This document shows, one piece after another, positions 12,215 to 26,660 of a stretch of DNA of 64,000 nucleotides (position 1 is the first letter of the stretch; every line of letters starts with the position of its first letter). The DNA comes from Eledone cirrhosa (lineage: Eukaryota): assembly GCA_964016885.1 (NCBI GenBank), contig OZ024759.1, forward strand, positions 28,644,001-28,708,000, given 5' to 3'. The notes under the pieces were generated by a model that saw only the letters and a list, made by a program, of their open reading frames with translations, ran no database searches and was not told the DNA's origin. Made by a program: the position numbers and the translations under genes.

Positions 12215-13257
12215 CAATCTCACATTAGACAGATTAGATGACTATGTCTGATTTATCTAGTGTTACATTCTTACACTAGACAATCCAGGTGACCACATCT
12301 GGCCTGTCTAGTGCTCCATTCTCACATTAGACAATCCAGGTAACCACATCTGGCCTGTATAGTGCTCCATTCTCACATTAGACAATCCAGGAGACCGCAT
12401 CTGGCCTGTATAGTGCTCCATTCTCACATTAGACAATCCAGGTGACCACATCTGACCTGTCTTGTGCTCCATTCTCACATTAGACAATCCAGGAGACCAC
12501 ATCTGGCCTGTCTAGTGCTCCATTCTCACATTAGACAATCCAGGAGACCGCATCTGGCCTGTATAGTGCTCCATTCTCACATTAGACAATCCAGGTGACC
12601 ACATCTGACCTGTCTTGTGCTCCATTCTCACATTAGACAATCCAGGAGACCACATCTGGCCTGTCTTGTGCTCCATTCTCACATTAGACAATCCAGGAGA
12701 CCACATCTGGCCTGTCTAGTGCTCCATTCTCACATTAGACAATCCAGGTGACCACATCTGACCTGTCTAGAGCTCCATTCTCACATTAGACAATCCAGGT
12801 GACCACATCTGACCTGTCTAGAGCTCCATTCTCACATTAGACAATCCAGGTAACCATATCTGGCCTGTCTAGTGCTCCATTCTCACACTAGACAATCCAG
12901 GTGACCACATCTGACCTGTCTAGTGCTCCATTCTCACATTAGACAATCCAGGAGACCACATCTGGCCTGTCTAGTGCTCCATTCTCACACTAGACAATCC
13001 AGGTGACCACATCTGACCTGTCTAGTGCTCCATTCTCACATTAGACAATCCAGGAGACCACATCTGGCCTGTCTAGTGCTCCATTCTCACATTAGACAAT
13101 CCAGGAGACCACATCTGACCTGTCTAGTGCTCCATTCTCACATTAGACAATCCAGGAGACCACATCTGGCCTGTCTAGTGCTCCATTCTCACATTAGACA
13201 ATCCAGGTAACCACATCTGGCCTGTCTAGTGCTCCATTCTCACATTAGACAATCCAG
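12215..13257 (+). repeat. 51-bp minisatellite, ~20 copies
   Basis: Unit tctcacattagacaatccaggagaccacatctggcctgtctagtgctccat (17-aa period in the ORF track). Confidence 0.95.
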
Positions 13258-13704
13258 TGACTTAATAAGCAGTGGAGGGTGGGGCTACTGAGAACATAGT
13301 AGCTAGAATAAATACAAAATGGAAAATGTTCAGTGAGCATCTACCTCTGTTAATAACAAAGGGATACTCTCCTAGGAGCAGAGGGTAGATTACATGATGT
13401 CTAAATGAGAATTGAGATGTTGCTTGGCAGTGAGACACATGAAGGATGGTAGAGGGGCTGGAGAGAAATGAAGTGAGTATGCTCTGTTAGATGTGTAATG
13501 TCAGTGTGTGTGAATGACAGGTTATAGATGAGCTGAGAGAAAAGTGAATTGTAAGAGGAATTAGATGCAGTGTGTAACTGCACTGTAAAATGTATGATGA
13601 CTGCTGGGTGAAGAAGTGACAGGTGAAGAAGTGACAGGTGATGACATATGAAAAAAGACTAGGTGAGAATTGATCTGGAAACACCAAACCTTAGAAGGGA
13701 GATT

Positions 13705-14170
13705 AAAGGACCACAAGGGTGTAGTGGAAATTTATGTCTTAACCTCACAGAGGGGAAGGGGTGAAGGACCACAAGGGAGGAGTTGAAATGTTATGTCTAA
13801 ACTTCACAGAGGGGGATGAAGGACCACAAGGGTGTAGTGGAAATGTTATGTCTAAACCTCACAGAGGGGGTGAAGGACCACAAGGGTGTAGTGGAAATGT
13901 TATGTCTAAACCTCACAGAGCAGATGAAGGACCACAAGGGTGTAGTGGAAATGTTATGTCTAAACCTCACAGAGGGGGATGAAGGACCACAAGAGTGTAG
14001 TGGAAATGTTATGTCTAAACCTCACAGAGGGGGATGAAGGACCACAAGAGTGTAGTGGAAATGTTATGTCTAAACCTCACAGAGCAGATGAAGGACCACA
14101 AGAGTGTAGTGGAAATGTTATGTCTAAACCTCACAGAGCAGATGAAGGACCACAAGGGTGTAGTGGAAAT
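13705..14170 (+). repeat. 54-55-bp minisatellite, ~8 copies
   Basis: Unit gaaggaccacaagggtgtagtggaaatgttatgtctaaacctcacagag(ggg/cag)at. Confidence 0.95.
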
Positions 14171-14209
14171 AATCTGTTCAACTCATGCAAGAACAGATGT
14201 AAGAGGATG

Positions 14210-16468
14210 ATGACAGATAGACAGACAGATACAGGCAGGTAGTCACAGTTAGGCAGATAGACAGACCAACAAGGTGGATAGATAGACAAATACAGGCAGA
14301 TACACAGACAGGCACAGCTAGATAGACAGACAGACAGGTAGGTGGACAGACAGACAGGTAGATAGACAGATAGCAGATAGACAGATGGGTAGATAGATAC
14401 GTAAATAGGCAGACTGGCAGAGACAAATACAGCCAAACAGATAGATACACAGACCAACAAACAGATAGATACAGTCAAACAAACAGATAGATACACAGAC
14501 AAACAAACAGATAGATACACAGACAAACAAACAGATAGATACACAGACAAACAGATAGATACACAGACAAACAAACAGATAGATACACAGACAAACAAAC
14601 AGATAGATACACAGACAGACAAACAGATAGATACAGAGACAAAAAACAGATAGATACAGTCAAACAAACAGATAGATACACAGACAAACAAACAGATAGA
14701 TACACAGACAAACAAACAGATAGATACAGTCAAACAAACAGATAGATACACAGACAAACAAACAGATAGATACACAGACAAACAAACAGATAGATACACA
14801 GTCAAACAAACAGATAGATACAGTCAAACAAACAGATAGATACACAGACAAACAAACATAGATACGCAGTCAAACAAACAGATAGATACACAGACAAACA
14901 AACATAGATACACAGTCAAACAAACAGATAGACACAGTCAAACAAACAGATAGACACAGACAAACAGATAGATACACAGACCAACAAACAGATAGATACA
15001 CAGACAAACAAACAGATAGATACACAGACAAACAAACAGATAGATACACAGACAAACAAACAGATAGATACACAGTCAAACAAACAGATAGATACACAGA
15101 CAAACAAACAGATAGATACACAGACAAACAAACAGATAGATACACAGACAAACAAACAGATAGATACAGTCAAACAAACAGATAGATAGTCAAACAAACA
15201 GATAGATACACAGTCAAACAAACAGATAGATACACAGAGAAACAAACAGATAGATAGTCAAACAAACAGATAGATACACAGACAAACAAACAGATAGATA
15301 GTCAAACAAACAGATAGATACACAGAGAAACAAACAGATAGATAGTCAAACAAACAGATAGATACAGACAAACAAACAGATAGATACAGACAAACAAACA
15401 GATAGATACACAGACAAACAAACATATATACAGTCAAAGAAACAGATAGATACACAGACCAACAAACAGATAGATACACAGACAAACAAACAGATAGATA
15501 CAGACAAACAAACAGATAGATACACAGTCAAACAAACAGATAGATGCACAGACCAACAAACAGATAGATACAGACAAACAAACAGATAGATGCACAGTCA
15601 AACAAACAGATATATACACAGACCAACAAACAGATAGATACACAGACAAACAAACAGATAGATAGTCAAACAAACAGATAGATACAGTCAAACAAACAGA
15701 TAGATACACAGACAAACAAACAGATAGATACACAGACAAACAAACAGATAGATACACAGACAAACAAACAGATAGATACAGTCAAACAAACAGATAGATA
15801 CACAGACAAACAAACAGATAGATACACAGACAAACAAACAGATAGATACACAGACAAACAAACAGATAGATACACAGACAAACAAACAGATAAATACACA
15901 GACAAACAAACAGATAGATACAGTCAAACAAAGATAGATACACAGACAAACAAACAGATAGATACACAGACAAACAAACAGATAGATACACAGACAAACA
16001 AACAGATAGATACACAGACAAACAAACAGATAGATACACAGACAAACAAACAGATAGATAGATACAGTCAAACAAACAGATAGATACACAGAGAAACAAA
16101 CAGATAGATAGTCAATCAAACAGATAGATACACAGTCAAACAAACAGATAGATACACAGACAAACAAACAGATAGATACACAGACAAACAAACAGATAGA
16201 TACAGTCAAACAAACAGATAGATACACAGTCAAACAAACAGATAGATACACAGACAAACAAACAGATAGATACACAGATAAACAAACAGATAGATACAGT
16301 CAAACAAACAGATAGATAGTCAAACAAACAGATAGATACACAGTCAAACAAACAGATAGATACACAGAGAAACAAACAGATAGATAGTCAAACAAACAGA
16401 TAGATACACAGTCAAACAAACAGATAGATACACAGACAAACAAACAGATAGATACACAGACAAACAAA
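14210..16468 (+). repeat. compound GATA/GACA/CAAA satellite, ~20-24-bp unit
   Basis: Repeated acagatagatacacagacaaacaa with variants. Confidence 0.95.
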
Positions 16469-16766
16469 ACGATGCGGAATAAGTGAACACAAAGTGAGGG
16501 TGCACTGTTTATACTGAACTATGTAGGCGCTTTGTCTCCATCAACACACACACATCTACACCACACCAGAGTACATCAGACAACTGACTTAAGTACGCAT
16601 CTTACTAGTTAGTTCCCATCTGAATCAGCCCCGAGAGGACAACACCTATCATCTAAATCGTTCCAGATATGACCATCCCCTCATTTTTTTTTTTTTTTTC
16701 TGTTAAGTTTTTCCTCCAGATATAGCGTATCTATAGAAATGCGTGGTGTGGTGTGGTCAATTTTAC

Positions 16767-16986
16767 TATTACACCCGTCTCCGAGATGGATTTAATAGGG
16801 AAAAATAATAATTTTAAGGTTAGATAGTTGAATATGTTTGGTAAGACTTGCTGCGGAAATTAAAGTTTTTCCTGTAATTTTTAAAAAGTGTTTTGAACTA
16901 ATAGGGCCTTCAAAACCGTCATATATGACTCGTTTCTGTAGTCCCCCACACCAGATAACTCTATAACACCCGTCACGGGTGTAATA
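16767..16986. mobile_element. putative MITE
   Basis: Perfect 12-bp TIR tattacacccgt / acgggtgtaata. Confidence 0.5.
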
Positions 16987-16999
16987 ATTCTGCCTTAAC

Positions 17000-17160
17000 A
17001 TTGGAACAAGGCCAGCATTTTGGGAAAAGGTGAGAAAGTTGATTATATACTTCCCAATGCGTTACTGGTACTTCATTTTATCGCTTCCGTTCCCGAAAGG
17101 ATGATAAGCAAAGTTGACCCCGGCGGGATTTGAACTCAGAACGTAAAGGGCCATAACTAA
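17000..17160 (-). mobile_element. Deu/Nin SINE, degenerate
   Basis: caaggccagca...tactggtacttcattttatcg...gaaaggatg...ggcgggatttgaactcag. Confidence 0.75.
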
Positions 17161-17224
17161 TGAGGCCCATAGCCGAATGAATGGGTGTAGTAGAACAAAT
17201 TTACCAATGGACTTAAGATTGGGT

Positions 17225-17465
17225 GGTGGGTTATGTATGCCCTTGAGGAAGACACTTGATTTGAACTTACGTTGCTTCAGTCAATTTAACTAAAAATTAC
17301 TACAAGCAGTAGTTGATGGTAGTAGTGGTGGAGTGTTTAACCGTGTGATGGACTGGCATCTTCTCCAAGACGAGGGGGAGGTTCTTGTTCCCTCAATCAC
17401 TCATCACCAGTGAAACCGGGATAAGAACCGGTCTGATAAACATCCGGGATTCGGACAGACTTTAT
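17225..17465 (+). mobile_element. SINE with V-domain-like core and gaaaccgggataag..ccgg.ctgat tail
   Basis: gtgatggactggcatc...gaaaccgggataagaaccggtctgat...acagacttta; second copy at 40612-40732. Confidence 0.55.
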
Positions 17466-17504
17466 ATTTCTATTAGGACTTTCTATCACAATCTCTCTCT
17501 CTCG

Positions 17505-17606
<102 letters not shown>

Positions 17607-18476
17607 ATGTGTATACGAGCCTTCCATTGCAGTGTTTATATATCTAGACCACACCGTCCAATGTGCCCTTCCCGTTTTTTTTTGTTTTTTTTATCAACAT
17701 TCCATCTATATCACAATCACACTAAACAACCCCGAAAGAGCAAGAGGGGCTCCAAATACGACCGTCCCCACAGATTTAAAGTAACGTAAGGCCACACCAT
17801 CCAATGTGTCCTTTCTTGTTTTCTCGTTAAGACAAAAGGGGTGTGAATGCCAAACTGTTATTTCAAGCGGTTTAACGATTTAAGTGGTTTAGCCAACACC
17901 TTCACCCTACCGTGTATTTCATTCAGTTTAAAGTTCTTCGTGGTATTTTACACAGAGACAGACACTTACCGACATTGATCAGAGATAGCGAGACTGACAG
18001 ATAGACAAATAGTTAGATAGGTAGGGTGGCTGGCAGGCTGGATAGATAGATAGATGCATAGAGAGACTGACAATGAAATAGCTAGTTACGGTGGCTGATA
18101 GATGAATATATAGATAGATAGGAAGGTAGATAGAGAAATAGACAGATAGAAAGATCAATATAGATGAGGGGGTAGATACATAGATAGTGTATTTAGATAT
18201 ATACACGGTTTTGTACACGTGTTTAACTCCGAGCCGCTTCGAACTATTGTCCCTGGCAAATATGAAGAGGACGTCACAGCTACCTGTTAACTCCCTATAC
18301 ACAAATAAATAAATAAATAAATATATATATATATATACATACTCATCTATGTAGAATTTATATATATATATATATATATACATACTCATCTATGTAGAAT
18401 TTATATAAACGTATTTCTTCGTATGCATCTATATTGTTGTCGATGCAGACTGCGGATTTTACGCTATCATATACAC

Positions 18477-18530
<54 letters not shown>

Positions 18531-19704
18531 CATATATGTATATACATATATAAGGGTACATAAAAAATGTATATAAACAAGAAGTATCAATAAGTAATTT
18601 TAAGTGTGTCTACACTTTTTGTCACACCCTGTATATATGTGTGTGTGTATATATATATCTATATATATATATACACACACATACGTACGTATGTATACAA
18701 ATTAAACAACACAGGACAGAGTGTGCAAAGTTAAATAAAATATAGATATAATAATACAGTTTATATGTGTATATACATACATACACAAAATTACTTTACT
18801 AAATAAATATATAACATTGTAATTAGCTACTAAGACTATCAAAACAATTACAACAACTACTACTACTACTACTACTAATGTTAACATTATTATTTTTATA
18901 AGCATTATTATTTATATTATTATCATTATTACCTTGAAGTTTCACGTTAATATAAGAAGATAATATGTACGAGGAGTCTTACTATTATGGATGGCACCTT
19001 TTTGTGTATATAATATTTGATGCTGATATATATAATCTCTCGCTTTATATACACATATATATACAAACATAAATATATAGTTTTTATATATACATGTATA
19101 TTTATATAATATTGTGTCTTTGATTTTCTTATCTTATTCAGTTTTGATCTGATAGCCACCTCGTTCTTCTTTAGTTACGGGGAACGAGGGGAAATAAAGT
19201 TGCTGATCCAGTTTCCAGGTTGATGCTAAAAGCTCAACGGTTTAATCGAAAATGTGAAACGTGAACAACGGAACCACGTAACCTCTGCTTGATAAAAATA
19301 ACCACCTCACTACCGAAACATGTTAACAAATAAATTCAATGATCTTTGACACGGCAGCAGCATCAGATAGAAACCATTACCTATTGTTGTGTGTGTCTAT
19401 TGTCATTTAGTCGTTTATAGTTTTCAAAGTCCGACTAAATAATCGAAATAATGTGCCTTTTTTTTTTTTTACGTAATTTAAGAAGGGGTTAGATGACTAA
19501 ATAGTAATTATGTTAATGCTAGGGGTCACCTTACCTTAACTTTCGACCTACACCAGAACAGATACAAAAAGTAAATAAATAATAAAAAAATCTCGCGTGG
19601 TATCGAGAAGCTCTCTACGCAGTCTTTTGACCTGCTAGAAATAGTAACCAAATCTACCTCAAACCACACCCCATAAATTGTTTATAAAGTAAAATGTTTA
19701 ACGA

Positions 19705-20370
19705 AGGCGTTAGCACAAAGCTATCAATCGTGGGAGAAGGCGAAGGTCAATTATATATATTGACCCCCAGATGGATAAAAGGCGAAGTTAACCTTGGCAA
19801 GATTTGAACTCAGAACGTAAGGGGGCATAACTCTATGTTGCAAAACATTTTGTCCGATGCTCTAACGATTTTATCAATCCACCGCCCTATAATTCTGATT
19901 TAGGCACAAGGCCAGCAATTTTTGTTACTGGTACTTTATTTTATCATCGACCCCCGTAAGGATGAAAGGCAAAGTTAACCTTGGCGGATTTGAACTCAGA
20001 ACGTAAAGGGACGTAACTATATGCTGCGAAGCAGGGTGTCCGACGCTCTACCGATACTGCCAATCTATCGCCTTAATAATAATAATAATAAATAATAATA
20101 ATAATAATAATTGTTTCTATTTTTGACACAAGGCCAGCAATTATCCAGTGCATTACTGGTACTTTATTTTATCGACCTCGTAAGGATGAAAGGCAATTTG
20201 AACTCAGAACGTAAAGGGCAGTAACTCTATGCTGCAAAGCATGGTGTCGGATGCTCTACCAATATTGCCAAACCAATGATCATGATTTCTGATTTAGGTG
20301 CAAGCCAGTAATTTTTTTGGGGGGGAAGGAGGTTTAAATCGATTATATCGCCCCCTTCCTCTCCCCCGGT
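19705..20370 (-). mobile_element. tandem cluster of ~4 Deu/Nin SINEs
   Basis: Repeated ggcacaaggccagcaatt...aggatgaaaggcaa...tttgaactcagaacgtaa units in the same orientation. Confidence 0.85.
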
Positions 20371-21089
20371 ACTTAGTATCGATGAATATTTATACAAAAA
20401 ACATAACGATCTATAAGTGAGAGTTCGATGTTGGTTATATCCCCAATTCCCACCCAAAGGTAGTACTAAGAATCCAGGGAATTTGAATACCTTTAAAAAA
20501 AAGTGAGTCATTTATATAAAACAAGAAGTTATATCTTTAAAAATTTATGGGAGAAAAATACTGAAAATTATTAAAATTCTTGTTGAAATCATTTTTTTTA
20601 AATTTTCCTTAATCAAAAGTATAACTGTTCATATATTTTTTAAATACCTTAAAAAAAGGGAGTAATTTATCTAAAACAAGAATCTTAACCCTTTTATTAC
20701 TAGCCTGGTCAAAACCGTTTCTAGTCATATGGAACAAAACTACCCCCTTTAAAGGATTCTTATTTGAATTAAAATCTTCCAAATAATTCTTTATAAAAAT
20801 CATGTTACATCTAGTAATGAAATAACTAATAATTTTGATAAATTCCTGAAAAAATGTGTCATTAATTAATTGAAGAAGGGTGTATTTCATTAAAAATATG
20901 GCAACAAAATTTAAACCTTTCTTTCCTTAACCAAAAGTGTAACTATTCACATTTTATTTAAATATCTTTAAAAAAGGGAGTAATTTATTTATTACAATAC
21001 CCTTATATCCATAAAGATTTAAGGAAAAAAAACACTGAAAATTATCTAAATTCTAGTTTAAACCTTTGACTTTTTTCCTGTGAAAATAC

Positions 21090-21315
21090 TGGGGGAGGAT
21101 GGTCCAGTGGTAAGTGTGACGATCATAATATCATGGGTTTGATTCCTGGTCCAAGGGGTGTGTTGTGTTCTTGAGCAAAACACTTCATTTCACATTGCTC
21201 CAGTATACTTAGCTAAAAATGAGAACCAGTTATAGCTGTGATGGACTCATTTTTAGCTGAGTATACTGAAGCAGTGTGAAATGAAGTGTTTTGCTCAAGA
21301 GCACAACACACAATC
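21090..21315. mobile_element. convergent pair of tRNA-head SINE fragments
   Basis: ttcttgagcaaaacacttcatttcaca (+) and its reverse complement tgtgaaatgaagtgttttgctcaaga (-). Confidence 0.7.
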
Positions 21316-21471
21316 CTTACCACAAGGTCATTTTTTTTATTGATTTGTTTCTTTTGCAAATCATCCCCCCCCCCTAAAAAAAAGACAGAAATGAAAAGAA
21401 AAAAAGACAAATATACTTAACTTCACATTATATTTATCATGTGTTTCTTGGTGTCAACATTGGTGGCCCAA

Positions 21472-21815
21472 TTTGTGACCTGGCCACTGACATAGTTCAC
21501 AGTTTGTGACCTGACCACTGACATAGTGCCACAGTTTGTGACCTGACCACTGACATAGTGCCACAGTTTGTGACTTGGCCACTGACATAGTGCCAGTTTG
21601 TGACTTGGCCACTGACATAGTGCCAGTTTGTGACCTGGCCACTGACATAGTGCCACAGTTTGTGACCTGGCCACTGACATAGTGCCACAGTTTGTGACCT
21701 GACCACTGACATAGTGCCACAGTTTGTGACCTGGCCACTGACATAGTACCACAGTTTGTGACCTGCCACTGACATAGTGCCACAGTTTGTGACTTGGCCA
21801 CTGACACAGTGCCAC
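21472..21815 (+). repeat. 32-bp minisatellite, ~11 copies
   Basis: Unit tttgtgacctggccactgacatagtgccacag. Confidence 0.95.
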
Positions 21816-21840
21816 ACATATATATATATATATATATATA

Positions 21841-22002
21841 TTGGAAAATATGTGTAATCCTTGGTACAGTTAGGTATATTAAGACAGGGGGGAAGAAAAA
21901 ATGTATAAAATAATTTTTTTTAAGAAAAATTCTTTTTGGATTTTGTGAAGAAAATAAATTTGTTGAAAGCACAAGTGAAGCCATTTTTTCTTCCCCCCTG
22001 TC

Positions 22003-22008
<6 letters not shown>
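21841..22008 (-). mobile_element. asymmetric fold-back element in (TA)n (no hammerhead core seen)
   Basis: ~28-bp inverted repeat tatattaagacaggggggaagaaaaaatg / cattttttcttcccccctgtcttaatata with one arm extended ~35 bp; TA tracts on both sides. Confidence 0.55.
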
Positions 22009-22044
<36 letters not shown>

Positions 22045-22275
22045 GCATTGTGTCTATTTTATCTACTCCCATTACCTGACATTATTTTATTAACCTTGTA
22101 TACTTGACCTCGATATAATGTAAACAGCTTGAACAAATACCACAAAGCATTGTGTTTGATGCTCTGACGGTTCTGAAAATCTAACACCTTTCATTCATTA
22201 TAATTAATAGGACATGAAAGTAAAAATACTGACAATAGTATTTAGAACACTAGGTATGTATGATTAAAAAAGTGA

Positions 22276-22309
<34 letters not shown>

Positions 22310-22689
22310 AATTAATAAAAAGGGAGTTAAAGACTCACATTCATCCCCTATAATTTAATGAGCTCAAGGAATAGATTCCGGGTTCTTTATAAATCATCAT
22401 ATAGAGAGAAGTACGCATAGAGATATGTGTTCAATATATATATATTGAACACATATAAAATAGACTTTCTCTCCTCTCCCCACAAATTGCTGGCCCTGAG
22501 CCTAAATTAGAAACCATTATTATTATTGAAATAGAAATATAAGGTTTCACCATATCATTTGACTAAATGATATAGTCTAAAAATGGAGGGTATAAACCCA
22601 CTGAACAGAAACAGATGTGTATCAGCAGATACCTATCTCTTTCTGTTCAGTGGGTTTATATGCCCTGTTATTAAGACTATATTATTTAA

Positions 22690-22907
22690 CCCTTTAGCAG
22701 TTACATTACTCTATGTTTACTATTATATTTTCACAGAAAAGGCTTTACCTCATATAATTATCTCACATAATATCGAATCTATGAAATTTTGATATTACTT
22801 CTGTTGAGAATACCTTAACATCAGTATGAGTGGTCAGTTACAGCCGGTTTGAACAGAAAGAGGTGAGAGAATCTAGGCCGGATATGGCCGATTTAAATGC
22901 TAAAGGG
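22690..22907. mobile_element. piggyBac-type MITE
   Basis: TTAA-CCCTTTAGCA ... TGCTAAAGGG-TTAA, perfect 10-bp TIR. Confidence 0.88.
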
Positions 22908-23168
22908 TTAATCAGAAAAGGCACTTTAAATGACCTTGGTGTCGTGAACACCACTGGTTTTGCAGATAATTAACTATTAATTTGACAATGGGTTGAGACA
23001 ACTGCTCCAGTTAGGGGAGAAATCTAAGATTATGTGGGTATGGCGAGCTACATATATATATATTCTATTCTAGCCATTAGAAAAAGCAAAATGGATGCTT
23101 CACCTTCGATGAAGTGATGATTCAAGAAGAAGAGGAGAAGATTATTATTATTATAAAATCCATATTAC

Positions 23169-23327
23169 CTTTTGACAGAGTCTGGTTGTTGCTGGATTCA
23201 GCTGGTGTAATGGTGACCAATGTCGCGCAAAGAAGTGTTGTTGTTGTTGGTGTTCTGGCTGGAACCGGTTTAGACTAGCCACAACCTTACTTGCGTTTGT
23301 TTGTTCAAGTAAATTAATAATTACCAT
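23169..23327 (-). other. possible exon (5' UTR or coding) of the minus-strand host gene
   Basis: Non-repetitive stretch ending AAAAG|GTAATA on the minus strand; ATG-initiated open frame MVIINLLEQ...RLCQK; acceptor/start uncertain. Confidence 0.3.
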
Positions 23328-23369
23328 GAACAGACAGCTATATACATATATATGTGTATGTATATATAA

Positions 23370-23409
<40 letters not shown>

Positions 23410-23865
23410 CTGTGTGTGTGTGTGTGTGTGTGTATTTATATATATATGTGTGTGTGTATGTGTTTATGTATATATGTATCTATCAATCTATATATATATA
23501 TACATATACATATATATACACATATATATTAATATATTATATATACACATATATATATATATACACATATATATGTGCCAACGATTGTATGCATGAAGGC
23601 TGGCTGACAATCAAATAAATGATTATTTTTATTATCATCAATACTGGTGGTGGGTGTTGGTGGTGTTGGCGGTGGTGGTGGGTGTTAGCCGGGGGGGGGG
23701 GATACTTATTCCTAAAAATTTTCACTCCAGATATCATCATCATCATCATCATCATCATCACCATTTAACATCTTTTCCTTGCTAATAAGAGTTGGACACA
23801 TATACACACCTCTGGTCATCTGGTCATCTGGTTTCTCAAGCCTCACTGCAATGCACCACATATAC

Positions 23866-24184
<319 letters not shown>

Positions 24185-24268
24185 CATATATACATATATA
24201 TATACATATATACATATATATATATATACATATAGACATATATATATATACATATATATACATATATA

Positions 24269-24548
24269 CGTTATTCCGGGTTGAATCGGAGGTAACCACA
24301 GTAAGGTACTCAATACATAGCAGAGTATAAAAGTTTTAATATAGAAGAGATTCTACAGGACTAGAACTGTTTCATTCTTTAGAAATCATCAGGAATCTGG
24401 GTATCAAAAAATAAATATGGTATTTATAGGTCTCTTCAGGTGGTAGGAGAGGGTAGGGAGTGGGATGGGTAGAGGTCATTGGTTGATAGAAAAGGGAATT
24501 CATTAAAATGAATTCCCTTTTAATGAATTCCCTTTTCTATCAACCAAG
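24269..24548 (-). mobile_element. longer family A copy: hammerhead plus upstream pLTR-like sequence ending in a short inversion
   Basis: Minus strand agattc CTGATGA tttctaaagaat GAAA cag..ctGTA gaatct, preceded by a pyrimidine-rich tract and TATAAATA; terminal inverted repeat at 24479-24546. Confidence 0.8.
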
Positions 24549-24589
24549 TCTACATATATAGATATGTAGGCAACACTTTCCTGTAAACA

Positions 24590-24692
24590 AGTAGTATTAT
24601 GCCTCATATCATGTTACCTTATTCTATTTCCAGGATGATTTTGTATTCGAAATGCGCATAATAAAATATATGGAACTCTTTTAACCATATTT
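24590..24692 (+). mobile_element. family D hammerhead remnant
   Basis: GAAA tgcgca TA ataaaatatatggaactcttttaaccat matches 39946-39990. Confidence 0.6.
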
Positions 24693-24704
24693 TAATTTCT
24701 TCTT

Positions 24705-24996
24705 TCACTTTACGTCCGCTTTTCCCTGCTTGCAAGGGTGGGACGGGAACTGATTATGGCTTGATTTCTACAGCTGGATGCCCTTCCTAACACCAACCTC
24801 ATTTACAGTGAGTGCTGGGTGCTTTTTTGCCGAGGCACCTCCACGACCACTTTGCAGTGGAATGATACGGACCCCAGTCCCTATCATCTCATTTCTACAG
24901 CTGAGTAAACTGGAGCAATGTGAAATAAAGTGTCTTGCTCAAGGAAACAACACATCACCCGGTCTGAGAATTGAACTCACAACCTTTCGATTGCAT
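24705..24996 (-). mobile_element. tRNA-head SINE, same family as 5563-5856
   Basis: Near-identical pseudo-ORF MPFLTPTSFTVS...PVPIISFLQLSKLEQCEIKCLAQG in both copies. Confidence 0.85.
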
Positions 24997-25214
24997 GGTC
25001 TTTATATATATATATATATATATATTTATAGATTTTGAGTATATGTTGGTTGTATACCAACACCTCAGTATGCAGGCTGGAGCACTCGACGAAGTGCGCA
25101 GGTTGGTTTGGTTACTCCGTGAAATAATAACCCAACCAGGAACTGGGCATATCAGAGTATTGACAAAATTATACACCTCAACAACATATGTACTTGTCTA
25201 TACCACACTAATTC

Positions 25215-25272
25215 GGACTGCCTGAAGAGGTCACAGCCAAAGATGGCTGTCACCGAAATATATATACCTGTA
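25215..25272 (+). ncRNA. degenerate minimal hammerhead (stem I disrupted)
   Basis: CTGAAGA(25222-25228) ggt.acagcca-aaga-tggctgt.acc GAAA tatata TA. Confidence 0.5.
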
Positions 25273-25334
25273 ATAAACGAAGCTAAATTTTAAACATTTG
25301 ACTTATTTATTTTACTTTATTTTATATATATTTT

Positions 25335-25417
<83 letters not shown>

Positions 25418-25470
25418 CAAGACTGGAATTGAACCATCAGCACAGTTGAGGTATGTCACACATCAATTTA

Positions 25471-25540
25471 TATATTTTATCTGATGAGGACGTACTGAAA
25501 AAACAGCACAGAACCTCTGAAATATATATAATAAAATATA
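25471..25540 (+). ncRNA. minimal type-I hammerhead, family C
   Basis: tatattttat CTGATGA(25481-25487) ... GAAA(25519-25522) tatata TA ataaaatata; perfect 10-bp stem I, weak stem II. Confidence 0.75.
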
Positions 25541-25571
25541 TTTTGATTACGTTGAATGTCTATATTTATTA

Positions 25572-25620
<49 letters not shown>

Positions 25621-26102
25621 TATATCTATATATATATACATATATATATATACATATATATCTATATATATATATATACATATATATATTTATATATCTA
25701 TATATATATACATATATATATTTATATATATATATACATACAAACATGCATATATACACATAAACATACATCCATGTATATATATGTATGTATACACAAA
25801 CATATATACAAACACACAAACATACATACATATACACACACAAACATACATATATATGCACAAACACACATTTATATATATATACAGAAACATATATACA
25901 TATATACACACATATACAAACGCAAACACATACACACACACGTACATATATACACCCATACACCCATATACACAAACACATGCATATATATACATATATA
26001 CATATACACACACACAAACATACATATACACTTCAGTAAATTCAATGTATCAATCATGTCACATCTTGACATATTGATTTAGTGTGAGGACTACATTAAA
26101 AA

Positions 26103-26660
26103 CGTGTGTGTGTCTGTGTGTGTTTGTGTGGTCTGTGTGTGTGTGTTTGTGTGGTCTGTGTGTCTGTGTGTGTGTGTGTGTGTGTTTGTGCTCTGTGTGT
26201 CTGTGTGTTTGTGTGGTCCGTGTGTGTTTGTGTCTGTCAAGTCTGTGTCTGTCTCTGTGTGTGTCTGTGTGTGTCTGTGTTGTGTGTGTGTTTGTGTGGT
26301 CTGTGTCTGTGTGTGTGTCTGTCAAGTCTGTGTCTGTCTCTGTGTGTGTCTGTGTCTGTGTTGTGTGTGTCTTTGTGTGGTCTGTGTGTGTGTGTGTGTC
26401 TGTCAAGTCTGTGTCTGTCTCTGTGTGTGTCTGTCTGTGTTTGTGTTTCTGTGTGTTTGTGTGGTCTCTGTGTGTGTGTGTGTGTCTATGTGTGTGTGTG
26501 TCTATGTGTGTTTGTGTCTGTCAAGTCTGTGTCTGTCTCTGTGTGTGTCTGTGTGTGTCTGTGTATCTGTGTTGTGTGTGTGTCTGTGTGTGTCTGTCAG
26601 GTGTGTGTGTCTGTGTATATATGTATGTGTGCATGTGTATGTGTGTCTCTTTATGTCTCT
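26103..26660 (+). repeat. (GT)n/GTCT compound repeat
   Basis: Direct reading of the sequence. Confidence 0.9.

Noticed and set aside
12215-13257. 17-aa repeat protein
   Set aside because: Stops interrupt the frames; simple minisatellite
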